Shown here: positions 41,818 to 52,089 of the stretch, one piece after another
Numbering within the stretch: position 1 is the first letter of the stretch
How the letters are laid out: each line of letters starts with the position of its first letter
From: an uncultured archaeon
GTDB lineage: Archaea; Asgardarchaeota; Thorarchaeia; Thorarchaeales; Thorarchaeaceae
Length of the DNA: 64,000 nt
NCBI GenBank assembly: GCA_964631415.1
Contig: CAZVZC010000002.1
Coordinates: forward strand, 28,738-92,737
Reading direction: 5' to 3'
Position numbers and translations under genes: made by a program
The notes under the pieces: model-generated
Seen by the model: the letters and a program-made list of their open reading frames with translations, nothing else
Told to the model about the DNA's origin: nothing
Databases searched by the model: none

Positions 41818-42036
41818 ATGCCAAACTGGAAGATGATATTCGAAGACTTGAAGGCCAAAGGTCAGACCTTTACAGTCTACTTGCGCTACATGCAAAAAGA
41901 CACGCTCGCCAAGATACCCAATGTCCGTGTTAGCGAAGTGCAAGAGGATTATGTATGGCTTGAGAATCCGTCAGGGTTTGGCGTGCTCGGGTTCGAGGAT
42001 GTCCTCTACATCTCCATTCCGAGGCAGGGGTCATAG
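41818..42036 (+). CDS. Small helix + beta-barrel protein (possibly Sm/SH3-like)
   Basis: GGAGG SD before ATG 41818; a helix followed by about five short beta strands. Confidence 0.65.
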   Translation: MPNWKMIFEDLKAKGQTFTVYLRYMQKDTLAKIPNVRVSEVQEDYVWLENPSGFGVLGFEDVLYISIPRQGS

Positions 42037-42121
42037 TCCATAGCCTTGCTCAGACTGGTACCTCGCACGGCCAACTCTTAATAGGGTCTCCACCTTCACA
42101 TAGGAAGTAGTAGCTCTTAGG

Positions 42122-43099
42122 TTGGTGCTTACAGCTTTGTCGTCGCTTGTCTTCATTCCCATCGAGGGTGAACGGATTGTCGTTCAGAAGCCAGAGTACT
42201 TACTGAGCAACTACAGGCTTGTTCAGTACGACCGCGGATCAAAGACCACCGTCAGTCTGCCGCTCCATATGATCAAGGAGTACAAGCTGACCCCGACCGC
42301 GGCGATGTTCAAGGTGACAAATGGCATTGTGAACGTCTTGGGCACAATGCCGCAAAGAGAGGAAATGAGAGGAGCACTGAGCCTAAGAGAGTACGAGCGG
42401 CTTCGAGTGGGGGACCAGAAGAAACTGTGTGATGTGTGCGGTGTGCCGTTCATTCATCCCGATCAGCCGTACAGCCGCTGGATCTGCACGGGTTATCATC
42501 AGGATTTCTGCAGAAGATTCTATGAGGGCTTCGCCTGGATGAAAGGCGAGGAGATCTTCACGTACTTCCCGGATAGCTTCATATTGACGACGTACAGACT
42601 ATACCAGTATGACGCCAAGACAAGGAAGCTCTTCATGTTCCCCATGAATATGGTACAGACTTTCGAAGCCAAGAGCAACAAGCTGTTGATTAGCGCGGTG
42701 TCTGGGAAATTCGAGATCAAAGGGAAGGTCCCAAGACAAGACCACCTTCTAAGAGTCTGGCAGGCAAGGGCGTGGGAGTCGCTTCCTAAGACCAACCTTG
42801 ACTGGCTCATCATGCCGCTTTCCCAGATACAGACCATCAGTCCATTACCTCAATATACCTACACTGACACGACGATTCTCAAGCCAATGGCTGCGGCCAC
42901 CGAAAGCAGAGAGGACATCCAAGTCAGTGCAGGGATGCCAGCGGGAACAACCACAGTCTTCATGAAACCCGTCATCAAGGACAGGTGCAGCTACTGCAAC
43001 GCGCCGCTGTCTTGGGAAAAGATTGACTGGGTCGGCCCCGACCAGTATGCGTGTCCGTCCTGTAAGAGCTCTCATAGAGTTGAGTACGTTCGCATCTAG
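42122..43099 (+). CDS. Tandem PH/GRAM-like domain protein with a C-terminal zinc ribbon
   Basis: Two internal repeats GE.I....(Y/F).L(S/T).YRL.QYD...; C-terminal CSYC...CPSC; central CDVC. Confidence 0.7.
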   Translation: MVLTALSSLVFIPIEGERIVVQKPEYLLSNYRLVQYDRGSKTTVSLPLHMIKEYKLTPTAAMFKVTNGIVNVLGTMPQREEMRGALSLREYERLRVGDQKKLCDVCGVPFIHPDQPYSRWICTGYHQDFCRRFYEGFAWMKGEEIFTYFPDSFILTTYRLYQYDAKTRKLFMFPMNMVQTFEAKSNKLLISAVSGKFEIKGKVPRQDHLLRVWQARAWESLPKTNLDWLIMPLSQIQTISPLPQYTYTDTTILKPMAAATESREDIQVSAGMPAGTTTVFMKPVIKDRCSYCNAPLSWEKIDWVGPDQYACPSCKSSHRVEYVRI

Positions 43100-43117
43100 G
43101 CCTCAGGAATAGCAGAC

Positions 43118-45019
43118 CTACGAGCTTGTCGAACGACTACGTGTCCACTCTAGCGCTAGCCTTCGGACTGTCTCCTGAGTAGGCAATCCCGTTGTTTCGT
43201 CCCAGCCTCGTAACCTGTAATAGTCATTGAGCATGGGTTCTAGGTTGACCCTCTGACCTTTCCCAGGTCCCTCTGGCATCGGATCAACAGTGAAACGTTT
43301 CGGAAGGGTGTCGTCCTTCCGGCTTATTCCCTCTCGTGCGTTGAAAAGGCGCTTCAGAGTCACCTGCCGCTCTGCAATCTCTATCAGGTTCTTTATCTCT
43401 CCAAAGTGACTCACTCCGGTCAGGACAGGCAGCATCTGTGCGAAGTCCTCCATCCAGAAGATTGGCGGCCATGACACAGAGTACCAGCACACAATTAGAG
43501 CATCACGAATACAGTACGTGTTCTCAGTCTCGACGACAGCTGCGGCTTTGTACTTCTCAGTGTACGGGTCCACTATCTCTGGGAGTTTGTCGCGACCCCA
43601 CCTCTTGGCGGCAACCTCTTGATAGCCCAGCTGATCGACAGTGACAAGACTCCTGAGGTGGTCAGCCCCTCGAGCGGCGGTGGCATGAGATAGGCCGATA
43701 CTCCTGTGAGTTCGCCCGTCCTGACCGGAGACCTCGAGTCCCTTGACATGGATGGCAAACTGTTCAGAACCACGCCCTATTCTCCGAGAGGCCTCCCGGC
43801 TCCCTTCCGCCAATAAGTCCCCGAAGCCTGTCCTGTTGCCAATCATATCGAGCAGCTGTAGGGCCTGTTCACTGTTGCCCCACTCAAGGTCGATACCGCC
43901 GGTCATCTTGCTGTCAATCAAGCCATTCTGAAAAGCTTCGGTGGCAAAGGCGATGCAGGACCCGGCTGAGATCATATCTATGCCAAACCTGTTGCAGATC
44001 TGATTGGCTCTGAGAGCAGTTGGAAAGTCTGAGATTCCCAGAAGGCTCCCGAATGCCATCAGACCTTCATACTCAGGGCCTTCTTCAAGAGTGCCAGCGT
44101 AAGGACCTTCACGAACGTAGTTTACTTTCTTGCAGCCAAGACTACAGCCGAAACATGCCCTGTCCCCAATAGTGTATCTGGGTCTGATGTAGTCGCCACT
44201 GAGCTTTTCCCAACCTGAGAAGACACCTGTGCGGTGATTGTATGTCGGGAGTTCGCCTATTGTCTGCTTGACAGCAGTGAGGACCCATGTACCATACTTG
44301 TGCATCTGCTGGGCCTGAGGATTCTGCCTGACTCTCCTGTGGGCATCCTTTGCCAGTTCTACAAAATGCTCATGGTCGCTGACCTCGATCCCTTGGTGAC
44401 CTCGAACTGCGATTGCTTTCACGTTCTTCGACCCAAGGACCGCACCCATACCCGTTCTGCCCGCCGCACGAGCGTTGTTCACTATTATCGATGCAAAACG
44501 GACACATCGTTCTCCCGCAGGACCTATAGCTGCAACTTGGACATCTGGGTCATTGTGCTTGCTCCGGATTGCAGCTGACACCTCATCAGTCTTCAACCCC
44601 CAGAGATCAGATGCATTGATTATCTCAAGATCTTGGTCATGAATGCTGACATAGACGGGCTTTTCGGCGCGACCCTCAATCACTAGAGCATCGTACCCGG
44701 CATACTTCAGCTCTGGTCCAATGAAGCCTCCAACATGAGATTCGCCCCATATGCCCGTCAGAGCTGCCTTGGAAACGAACACGGTTCTGCCACTCATTGG
44801 CCATAGCGTCCCAGTCACTGGGCCGGTCGCCAGTATCAGCTTATTCTTCTCGCCGAGTGGGTCAGTCTTTGCTGGCACTTCATCATACAGGATTCTGGCC
44901 GCAAACCCGTCGCCACCAATGTACTCGTGGACCCACTCAATCGGCAGTGGCTCGACTCGGAAGTCGCCCCTGTTGAGGTCGGCCCTTAGTATTCTGCCTG
45001 CATAGCCTCCGGGCTTCAA
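43118..45019 (-). CDS. aor: Tungsten-dependent aldehyde:ferredoxin oxidoreductase family protein
   Basis: AAGRTGMGAVLGSKNVKAI, CFGCSLGC, GPEYE, DDTLP.RF, YY.LRGWD. Confidence 0.95.
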   Translation of the reverse strand: MKPGGYAGRILRADLNRGDFRVEPLPIEWVHEYIGGDGFAARILYDEVPAKTDPLGEKNKLILATGPVTGTLWPMSGRTVFVSKAALTGIWGESHVGGFIGPELKYAGYDALVIEGRAEKPVYVSIHDQDLEIINASDLWGLKTDEVSAAIRSKHNDPDVQVAAIGPAGERCVRFASIIVNNARAAGRTGMGAVLGSKNVKAIAVRGHQGIEVSDHEHFVELAKDAHRRVRQNPQAQQMHKYGTWVLTAVKQTIGELPTYNHRTGVFSGWEKLSGDYIRPRYTIGDRACFGCSLGCKKVNYVREGPYAGTLEEGPEYEGLMAFGSLLGISDFPTALRANQICNRFGIDMISAGSCIAFATEAFQNGLIDSKMTGGIDLEWGNSEQALQLLDMIGNRTGFGDLLAEGSREASRRIGRGSEQFAIHVKGLEVSGQDGRTHRSIGLSHATAARGADHLRSLVTVDQLGYQEVAAKRWGRDKLPEIVDPYTEKYKAAAVVETENTYCIRDALIVCWYSVSWPPIFWMEDFAQMLPVLTGVSHFGEIKNLIEIAERQVTLKRLFNAREGISRKDDTLPKRFTVDPMPEGPGKGQRVNLEPMLNDYYRLRGWDETTGLPTQETVRRLALEWTRSRSTSS

Positions 45020-45020
45020 C

Positions 45021-45518
45021 TCAACTCTCTCCGCCAGACTCGTGCGTCTGCCCAGTCCGTCTGATCTCTCTCAGGTAGCCTGTGATCTTGTCGTGTCTAC
45101 TCAGGACTGATGCTTGGGCGGCCGATGCATACTGAATGGCACCCGTTGGGCACGCCTTTGCACACTCCGGGTCGCCACCACAATGGTCGCACTTCAGAAT
45201 TCGCATACGGGAGGTGTCAAGCCGGATGACGCCGTTCACGCAGGCTCCTGCGCAGGACTTGCATAGGATGCACTTGTCTTCGTCAAGATAGGTCATCTTC
45301 GAAGTGGGATCCCGCCGCATCGCATAGACTGGGCATACTTCAACGCAGGGTGCTTCCTCGCAAGGGCCGCACACATTGGGAATGTCTATGCCTAGGTCAT
45401 CATATCTGATTACTTTGAGCCGGGCAAGACTGGGCCGAAAGACACCTTCTTTCTTCGCAGAACATGCGAGCTCGCATATTCTGCAACCGGTGCACTTCGT
45501 TTGGTCAACGATCAGCAT
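45021..45518 (-). CDS. 4x[4Fe-4S] DmsB-like electron-transfer protein (start uncertain)
   Basis: CTGCRICELAC, CGPCEEAPCVEVCP, CILCKSCAGAC, KCDHC..PECAKACP. Confidence 0.9.
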   Translation of the reverse strand: MLIVDQTKCTGCRICELACSAKKEGVFRPSLARLKVIRYDDLGIDIPNVCGPCEEAPCVEVCPVYAMRRDPTSKMTYLDEDKCILCKSCAGACVNGVIRLDTSRMRILKCDHCGGDPECAKACPTGAIQYASAAQASVLSRHDKITGYLREIRRTGQTHESGGES

Positions 45519-45596
45519 TGAAGGCAGCGTGTCCACCTCATCTAACATGCCCGTACACAGAGTCACGCTAAAAGCTTCCTGCTCTGTGCGTGTCGG

Positions 45597-46670
45597 TCAT
45601 ACGCTCAAGACCCAACCGTAGCTGTCCCGTTTCTCTCCACATTGTATCCCAAGTATCTCATCGTATAGCCTTCGAGTCAGATCCCCTGTCTTGCCACCGT
45701 TTATCACATGTGCCTTCCCCTGATATGAAAGCTCACCGATAGGTGCTATTATGGCTGCAGTACCTGCGCCGAAAACCTCTCTCACCGTTCCGGACTTAAT
45801 CCCTTTCAGAAGCTCATGGATAGATATCCGCCGCTCGCTGACCTTCAACCCCCAGTCACGAGATATTCGTAGAACGGAGTCCCTAGTTATACCGGGCAGT
45901 ATGGTCCCGTCTAGTGGAGACGTAGCGAGTTCATCCTTGAACTTCACGAACACATTCATTGTACTGGTTTCTTCGATGTATTCCCGCTCGAGCGCATCCA
46001 GCCATAGGACTTGCGAATAGCCCTGGTCCGCTGCCTCCTTTCCAGCCAACAGACTTGCAGCATAGTTGCCAACTGTCTTGGAGAAGCCAATGCCGCCGCG
46101 TACGGCCCTCACGTACTTCTCTGAAACCAACAGCTTCACAGGGTCGAAGCCTTCTTTGAAATATGGACCCACCGGGCTCAGAATGATGAAGAAAAGGTAC
46201 TCAAGTGAAGCCCGGACTCCGAGCTTTGGCTCAGTCGCTATCATTGTTGGCCTGATATAGAGTGAGGTCCCGGGGATCTCCGGTATCCAGTCGCGCTCGA
46301 TCCGTATGAGCTCTGTCAAACAGTCTAGAACGAAGTCAATGTCGACATCCGGCATGACTATTCTTTTCGCTGAGGCGTTGAGCCGCAGGATGTTGTCACG
46401 AGGCCTGAAGAGGTACACGTTCCCCTTCCTTCGATAGGCCTTCATGCCCTCGAACACGCCCTGACCATAATGAAGGCACATTGCGGCGGGATTCAGAGAC
46501 AAGGGCTGAAAGGGACCTATCCCCGGGTCAGTCCACTGACCTCCTTGATAACTCATTGTGAACATGTGGTCAGTGAAGGTTGTGCCAAACTCCAGCTTGA
46601 GCGGGTCAGCCGGCTTCTGCTTCCTCTGTCCGGGGGGTAGGAGTTCCACTTTCAGATTCATCACCCTCAC
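45597..46670 (-). CDS. ilvE: Branched-chain amino acid aminotransferase
   Basis: LHYGQGVFEGMKAY, SLYIRP, K..GNYA, ILPGITR. Confidence 0.95.
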   Translation of the reverse strand: MRVMNLKVELLPPGQRKQKPADPLKLEFGTTFTDHMFTMSYQGGQWTDPGIGPFQPLSLNPAAMCLHYGQGVFEGMKAYRRKGNVYLFRPRDNILRLNASAKRIVMPDVDIDFVLDCLTELIRIERDWIPEIPGTSLYIRPTMIATEPKLGVRASLEYLFFIILSPVGPYFKEGFDPVKLLVSEKYVRAVRGGIGFSKTVGNYAASLLAGKEAADQGYSQVLWLDALEREYIEETSTMNVFVKFKDELATSPLDGTILPGITRDSVLRISRDWGLKVSERRISIHELLKGIKSGTVREVFGAGTAAIIAPIGELSYQGKAHVINGGKTGDLTRRLYDEILGIQCGEKRDSYGWVLSV

Positions 46671-46845
46671 GACACCTGAGCCGCTAAGGGCACCTGACCT
46701 TTAGGTTTTCGGTTGAGTGGAGGCAGCAACTGGAGCGCAAGAAGCCAGTAGTCGTTAGTACCGCTGGTCAGAAAACGTTAAGTCGGTCTTACGAGCATCA
46801 AGATGACACAGCTTTGCTGGCTGGCACCAAAGAAGGACGATATCC

Positions 46846-47457
46846 ATGAGCCACGGCCCGGGGTTTAGACAGCGTGGAGATGACTACCTCTACCTCGATC
46901 CAAAAGACGTGCTGGCTCAGTATAGTGTGGAGTGGGTGGCCCTTCGTCAGTCATACGAGGAAGTCAAGACAAGACTCCTACAGGTGCAGACCGAACTGAC
47001 GGCGCTGGATCAGAAGCTGGAGAGGGGCGAGATAACAGAGCAGGAGCATCTACAGCAGTACAGGGAGAGATGGGCCACATCCACTCAGATGATCGAAGTG
47101 AAAAGAGAAGTCGAGGCGAGACTCTACGACATCCAGCGAGAGATAAGGGCCGCCAATAAGATGCTCAAGGAAATGGAGGAGGAGCGACTCAAGAGGGAAC
47201 GTCTTGAGCAAGAGAAGAGCAATGCCTTGATCGAATGGATGGCATTGAAGCAAGGTTTCGATCTTGTCATGGGCAGAAGGAAAGACATAACGACTGAGAT
47301 GGACAAGATTGAGCTCCGTCGTAGAACAAGCAAGATATCGGACACGGAGTATCGTGGCGCTCGAGTGGCCCAAATCCGACAGCTGGCAGAGCTCAGAACA
47401 CTTGAAACAGACATCAAGAATCGTCTGGGTGAGCTTCTGGAGATCATTCGCAAGTAG
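46846..47457 (+). CDS. All-helical coiled-coil protein with two G/K-I-x-E/D-x-E-Y/H hairpin repeats (CdvA-like)
   Basis: LDQKLERGEITEQEH and IELRRRTSKISDTEY; internal duplication with W..L.Q at the start of both halves. Confidence 0.7.
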   Translation: MSHGPGFRQRGDDYLYLDPKDVLAQYSVEWVALRQSYEEVKTRLLQVQTELTALDQKLERGEITEQEHLQQYRERWATSTQMIEVKREVEARLYDIQREIRAANKMLKEMEEERLKRERLEQEKSNALIEWMALKQGFDLVMGRRKDITTEMDKIELRRRTSKISDTEYRGARVAQIRQLAELRTLETDIKNRLGELLEIIRK

Positions 47458-47643
47458 TGATTGGGTCCACAGAAAGTCGAGAGGAGCAGCGGAATCGAGA
47501 TTCCGACGACCAACTCACAATTCGCTTTGGTGGACTTGAGCGCAAGTCTGCGCATTCAACGGGCCGAGCTGGACACATCACCAACCGAACCATTAATATC
47601 CTATTTCACCACGGTCCCGCCAGAAATCGGAGGAAGACAAACC

Positions 47644-48906
47644 GTGTCAAGTTCTGGATTCAATCCATGGGAGGCTGTTTTGACCCAACTGCGGACTGCT
47701 GCTGAGGCCATCAAGCTGGATGGAAACATACTCAAGATACTTGAGAAGCCGGACAAGATACTAATAACGTACTTCCCCGTTATCATGGACGATGGACACC
47801 TTGAGATGTTCGAGGGGTACAGAGTGCAGCATTCGCACCATCGAGGACCATGCAAGGGTGGAATCCGATATTCGCCCGACCTGAGCCTCGACGAAGTGAA
47901 AGCCTTGGCTGCACTAATGACATGGAAGACCGCTGTCGTGAATATCCCTTTTGGCGGCGCCAAAGGAGGAGTTGTGTGTGATCCGTGGAAGCTTAGTCTT
48001 GGAGAGCTCAAGCGGATGACACGGAGATTCACTTACAGCCTGATCAACATGATTGGCCCAGAGTCCGACATACCTGCACCTGACGTAAACACAAACTCTG
48101 AGGTTATGTCGTGGATGCTTGATACATACTCTATGATTACCGGCCACACTGAGCTCAGTGTTGTGACGGGCAAGCCAGTGGAAATCGGCGGTAGTATCGG
48201 CAGAACGGAAGCGACAGGAAGAGGGCTGTTCTATGTGATGGAGGAGGCTTTGAAACAGAGAGGTCGAAGCACGAGAGGAATGCAGGTTGCTGTGCAGGGC
48301 TTTGGCAACGTAGGCAGTTACTTCTGCCGATTCGCTCATCAGGCAGGCTACAAGGTGGTAGCTGTTACCGACGCCTTTGGCGGAGTCTTCAGCCCGAACG
48401 GGCTTGATATCCCGAAGCTCATCGAGTATTCCTCGAAACATCCTAAGAGATCAGTTGCGGGCTTCCCGGATGCAGACACCATGACTAACGAGGAGCTCTT
48501 CGGACTCGATGTGGATGTTCTCGCCCCCTGTGCCATGGGCGATGCCATCAACGAGAGGAATGCGGATTCTGTGAAGGCCTCACTAGTAGTTGAAGGAGCG
48601 AACGGCCCGACCACTCCGGAAGCTGATGCAATTCTGTCAGAAGAAGGAATAACAGTAGTCCCAGACATTCTTGCCAACGCTGGCGGTGTGACAGTTTCCT
48701 ACTTTGAGTGGGTTCAGGGACTACAGCACTTCTTCTGGAGCGATCAACAGGTCAATCAGGCGCTCCGCGATATCCTTGTCAGAGCCTTCAACGAGGTCAA
48801 CAAGACGGCAACGGATTTCAACATCAGGAATCTCCGAACTGCTGCCCTCGCATTGGCTGTGGGACGGGTAGCAAAGGCAATAGAACTGAGGGGCATATTC
48901 CCATAG
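47644..48906 (+). CDS. gdhA: Glutamate dehydrogenase 1
   Basis: GPCKGGIRY, MTWK, GGAKGG, PAPDVNT, GRTEATG, GFGNVG; GTG start after GGAGG. Confidence 0.93.
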   Translation: MSSSGFNPWEAVLTQLRTAAEAIKLDGNILKILEKPDKILITYFPVIMDDGHLEMFEGYRVQHSHHRGPCKGGIRYSPDLSLDEVKALAALMTWKTAVVNIPFGGAKGGVVCDPWKLSLGELKRMTRRFTYSLINMIGPESDIPAPDVNTNSEVMSWMLDTYSMITGHTELSVVTGKPVEIGGSIGRTEATGRGLFYVMEEALKQRGRSTRGMQVAVQGFGNVGSYFCRFAHQAGYKVVAVTDAFGGVFSPNGLDIPKLIEYSSKHPKRSVAGFPDADTMTNEELFGLDVDVLAPCAMGDAINERNADSVKASLVVEGANGPTTPEADAILSEEGITVVPDILANAGGVTVSYFEWVQGLQHFFWSDQQVNQALRDILVRAFNEVNKTATDFNIRNLRTAALALAVGRVAKAIELRGIFP

Positions 48907-49104
48907 TCACTCATGTGTCAGTGGCTCGACTACTGCAGAATCTCTATGCGATGAATCTGGCTGGCCTGTGCACAACAGCACTGTCGGTGCCATTTGGATG
49001 CTGATTGGCGCCTCCTAGTGAATGCACGAAGCGGTCAGATTCATCCTTCCTGTGAGAGGCATGGCAAGCCTGTACCAGCTGGTACCGCGGATTGTCAGGA
49101 AAGA

Positions 49105-49134
49105 CTGGTGGACCATCCGAATGGATGGTCCCAG
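49105..49134. terminator. GC hairpin between convergent gdh genes (possible terminator or processing site)
   Basis: GGACCATCC (49110-49118) - GAAT - GGATGGTCC (49123-49131). Confidence 0.45.
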
Positions 49135-49141
49135 AAGAATT

Positions 49142-50410
49142 CTACGGAAATAGACCACGTAGTTGCATGACTGAGGCGATTCTGCCAACAGCGAGCATGA
49201 ACGCCGCAGTCCTCATATGGACGGTTTCTTTCTTAGAGAGCTCATAGACTTCCCGGAATGCTTTCATGATCCGTGCCTCGAGTTTGGCATTCACCTCTTG
49301 CTCAGTCCAGTACTCTCGTCTAAGGTTCTGAAGCCACTCGAAGTAAGAAACTGTCACACCGCCAGCGTTGGCAAGAATGTCGGGGACAACGAAAGTGCCA
49401 GCTTCGAAGAGAATGTCGTCGGCTTCAGGTGTCGTAGGACCATTTGCCCCTTCTACAACTATCTTCGCATTCACTGAAGAAGCATTGGCTGCCGTTATCT
49501 CGTTCTCCAGAGCGCAGGGAAACAGGAAGTCAACGTCGAGTTCGACCACCTTGTCAATTGGTATTTGTCTGGCTCCGGGGTAGCCTTTCACAGACCCGGT
49601 TCGTGCCTTGAAGTCACCGACCTTTCGAGCATCGAGTCCATCGGGATTGTAGATTGCGCCTTGAGAGTCACTACACGCAACGATTCTCATGCGAAGATCT
49701 GCTGCCAGCCAAGCTGAGTTGTAGCCGACATTTCCGTACCCGGTCACTGCAACAGTGGAGCCCTCCAGTTTTGTACCTGTTACCTTGGCCGCCTCTCTGG
49801 CACATATGACCACACCCCTCGATGTGGCCTCGTTCCGACCCAGGGACCCACCAAGTGCAATCGGTTTACCTGTCACAACTCCGGGCTCCGCAATCCCTGC
49901 TATTGCGCCATAGGTATCCATTATCCACGCCATTGTCTGAGGGTTTGTGTTGACGTCGGGAGCCGGAATGTCCCTCAATGGGCCAATAATGGAACTGATC
50001 TCTGATGTGAACCTGCGGGTCAGCCTTTCGAGCTCGGCACTGCTCATCTCTTTGGGATTACAGACAATCCCACCCTTGGCACCGCCGTATGGTATGTCCA
50101 CGACTGCCGTCTTCATAGACATCCATGTGGCAAGTGCCTTGACCTCATCAAGATTCACCTGAGGACCATAGCGAATACCTCCCTTGAAGGGGCCACGCGC
50201 GTCGTTGTGCTGGACTCTATAACCGCGAAACACGCGCAGCTGACCATTGTCCATTCTTATTGGAACTGACACCTCCAAGACACGCTTAGGCTGTTTGATG
50301 ATTTCGATGATGCCAGGGTCGATTTTCATCCGCTTCGCAACGATGTCAATCTGATGCTGAGCGATTTCGAATGGGTTGTTCGTTGTACTACGATGTGTTT
50401 CCTCTTCCAA
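49142..50410 (-). CDS. gdhA: Glutamate dehydrogenase 2
   Basis: GPFKGGIRY, MSMK, GGAKGG, PAPDVNT, GRNEATS, GYGNVG; TTG start after GGAGG. Confidence 0.93.
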   Translation of the reverse strand: MEEETHRSTTNNPFEIAQHQIDIVAKRMKIDPGIIEIIKQPKRVLEVSVPIRMDNGQLRVFRGYRVQHNDARGPFKGGIRYGPQVNLDEVKALATWMSMKTAVVDIPYGGAKGGIVCNPKEMSSAELERLTRRFTSEISSIIGPLRDIPAPDVNTNPQTMAWIMDTYGAIAGIAEPGVVTGKPIALGGSLGRNEATSRGVVICAREAAKVTGTKLEGSTVAVTGYGNVGYNSAWLAADLRMRIVACSDSQGAIYNPDGLDARKVGDFKARTGSVKGYPGARQIPIDKVVELDVDFLFPCALENEITAANASSVNAKIVVEGANGPTTPEADDILFEAGTFVVPDILANAGGVTVSYFEWLQNLRREYWTEQEVNAKLEARIMKAFREVYELSKKETVHMRTAAFMLAVGRIASVMQLRGLFP

Positions 50411-50751
50411 CTTCGCGTTCCTCCATTGGAACATGCTCTGGAAAGGCATTCGCGCGTTGATGCTCCGACTATTAAACACTGACGGTCGTCTGACAACTGT
50501 GGATAAAACGACTCACTCTTTTTGTGAAGTTATGCCATCGCGTGACGGATAAGGGTCTGAATGTGTCGTTCCTGACAAAACCCTATGTACTGAATTGCCA
50601 CAGTGGTGTAGCTTGGGAACACAACCAAGTCAACACAGTTCGTGGCCCATCTTGGCTTCATGGCAGCACGACTCATCTCAGCTCTGCTTCCTGTCTTGCC
50701 AAGAGGTAGAACTGGAACCTGCCCCTCACACATAGTTGGCTTGCTGTATAT

Positions 50752-51834
50752 CTAGCGGGCCGGTTTTAGCAGCTCCCTAAGCTTCCTACCCTTGTACATC
50801 TCCATTCTCTTGCGAACGAACATCAAAGCGACTATCCTGTGACTGAAGAGGATGGTCATGCGAGGGGTGAGGTATGTAACATTGGCACCTCCGAAGGCGC
50901 TAGGGAATCTTTCTCTGTAGCCATCGTCCCATTTCAGATAGTCGCCAATACTGTAGTGGTTGCCAAGCAGAAGGAGATTGTACCTGCCTTGCACTGTCCT
51001 AAAAGCAACAGGAACATGCGGGTCGACCATGATATCGCGCATGATCTTTTCCGATTGTTTCTTTACTTCGACCAATGAGAGGGTCAGCATGCAATCTGGA
51101 GGAACGAAGTAACTGGGGAAGCTGCAAACCGGGCGAGCGATGTACCCTTCGTCCATCAGCGAGGCAATCCGCTTTTCAACCGTCTTTCGATGCAAGCCGG
51201 TCTTCTTACATAGATGAGCCTCATTGATCTTGAGGCCAACTCCCGAACATAGACAATTCAGTATCTTGAAGTCTAGATCATTGAGCATGAACCCGCCGTT
51301 ATTGTTAGTACCGTTTATTCGAGCCTTTTCAATCATGAGAGCCAATCCAGAAGACGGTTCGTGCTTGATCGTTAGCTCGTTTGAGTGGTAGAATGAACTC
51401 GAAAGAAATGATGTAAGTTCCTCAGGGATATTGTACTCTGTCCTCATGACTGACGGAAGTGATTCTCTCCAGCGGAGATAGCTTGTCAGGTTCTCATGGT
51501 ATAGGAAGAGCAGGGTGTTGAAATCAGACTGTCTGGTTCGGAAGGCTGCGAATATGTATGGGTCTTCTCTTATCCACTTCTCGAACCGGACGTCATCTGG
51601 AGCCTCGAGATAAAGAATCACGAACAGCGGATAGACCTTGCCCAATCCGACGAATGGAACGTATGGAGTATCCAGAATCCCATTGTCAATTATGGCCTTG
51701 ACTCTGCCCATAATCGTGTGCCTGTGATGACCCAGTTCGCGAGAGAGCTCGCTAAGGTTTACACGTACAGCATCCCCGGACAACAACTCCTCTAGGATTA
51801 CTAGATTGTTCTTGTCAGCTAGAAGATCTGGCAC
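50752..51834 (-). CDS. Internally duplicated Lrp/AsnC-like transcription regulator
   Basis: Two HTH+RAM-like units: NLSELSRELGHHRHTI..DPYIFAAFRT and NEAHLCKKTGLHRKTV..DPHVPVAFRT. Confidence 0.7.
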   Translation of the reverse strand: MPDLLADKNNLVILEELLSGDAVRVNLSELSRELGHHRHTIMGRVKAIIDNGILDTPYVPFVGLGKVYPLFVILYLEAPDDVRFEKWIREDPYIFAAFRTRQSDFNTLLFLYHENLTSYLRWRESLPSVMRTEYNIPEELTSFLSSSFYHSNELTIKHEPSSGLALMIEKARINGTNNNGGFMLNDLDFKILNCLCSGVGLKINEAHLCKKTGLHRKTVEKRIASLMDEGYIARPVCSFPSYFVPPDCMLTLSLVEVKKQSEKIMRDIMVDPHVPVAFRTVQGRYNLLLLGNHYSIGDYLKWDDGYRERFPSAFGGANVTYLTPRMTILFSHRIVALMFVRKRMEMYKGRKLRELLKPAR

Positions 51835-52089
51835 GCGACGGATGCCTCCGTGACATAATTAATACTTTCGCGTAGATGCAATGCCGGAAATGTCAGAAGA
51901 CCGGCGGCGCTGCTGGGTGATATTCTTTACACATAGAATCTGGGGGAATGGTACGCAAGTGCACTCTCTGTGGCCCGATTGTACGCTTTCTGACACCACG
52001 GCTTGTCTGTGGGTCCGCCGGCCTTAAGTGTATTCCACTTGCCCGAAAAATCACAAGCTCTTGTAAACAACCCAAAGGAGCTAGAGAAC

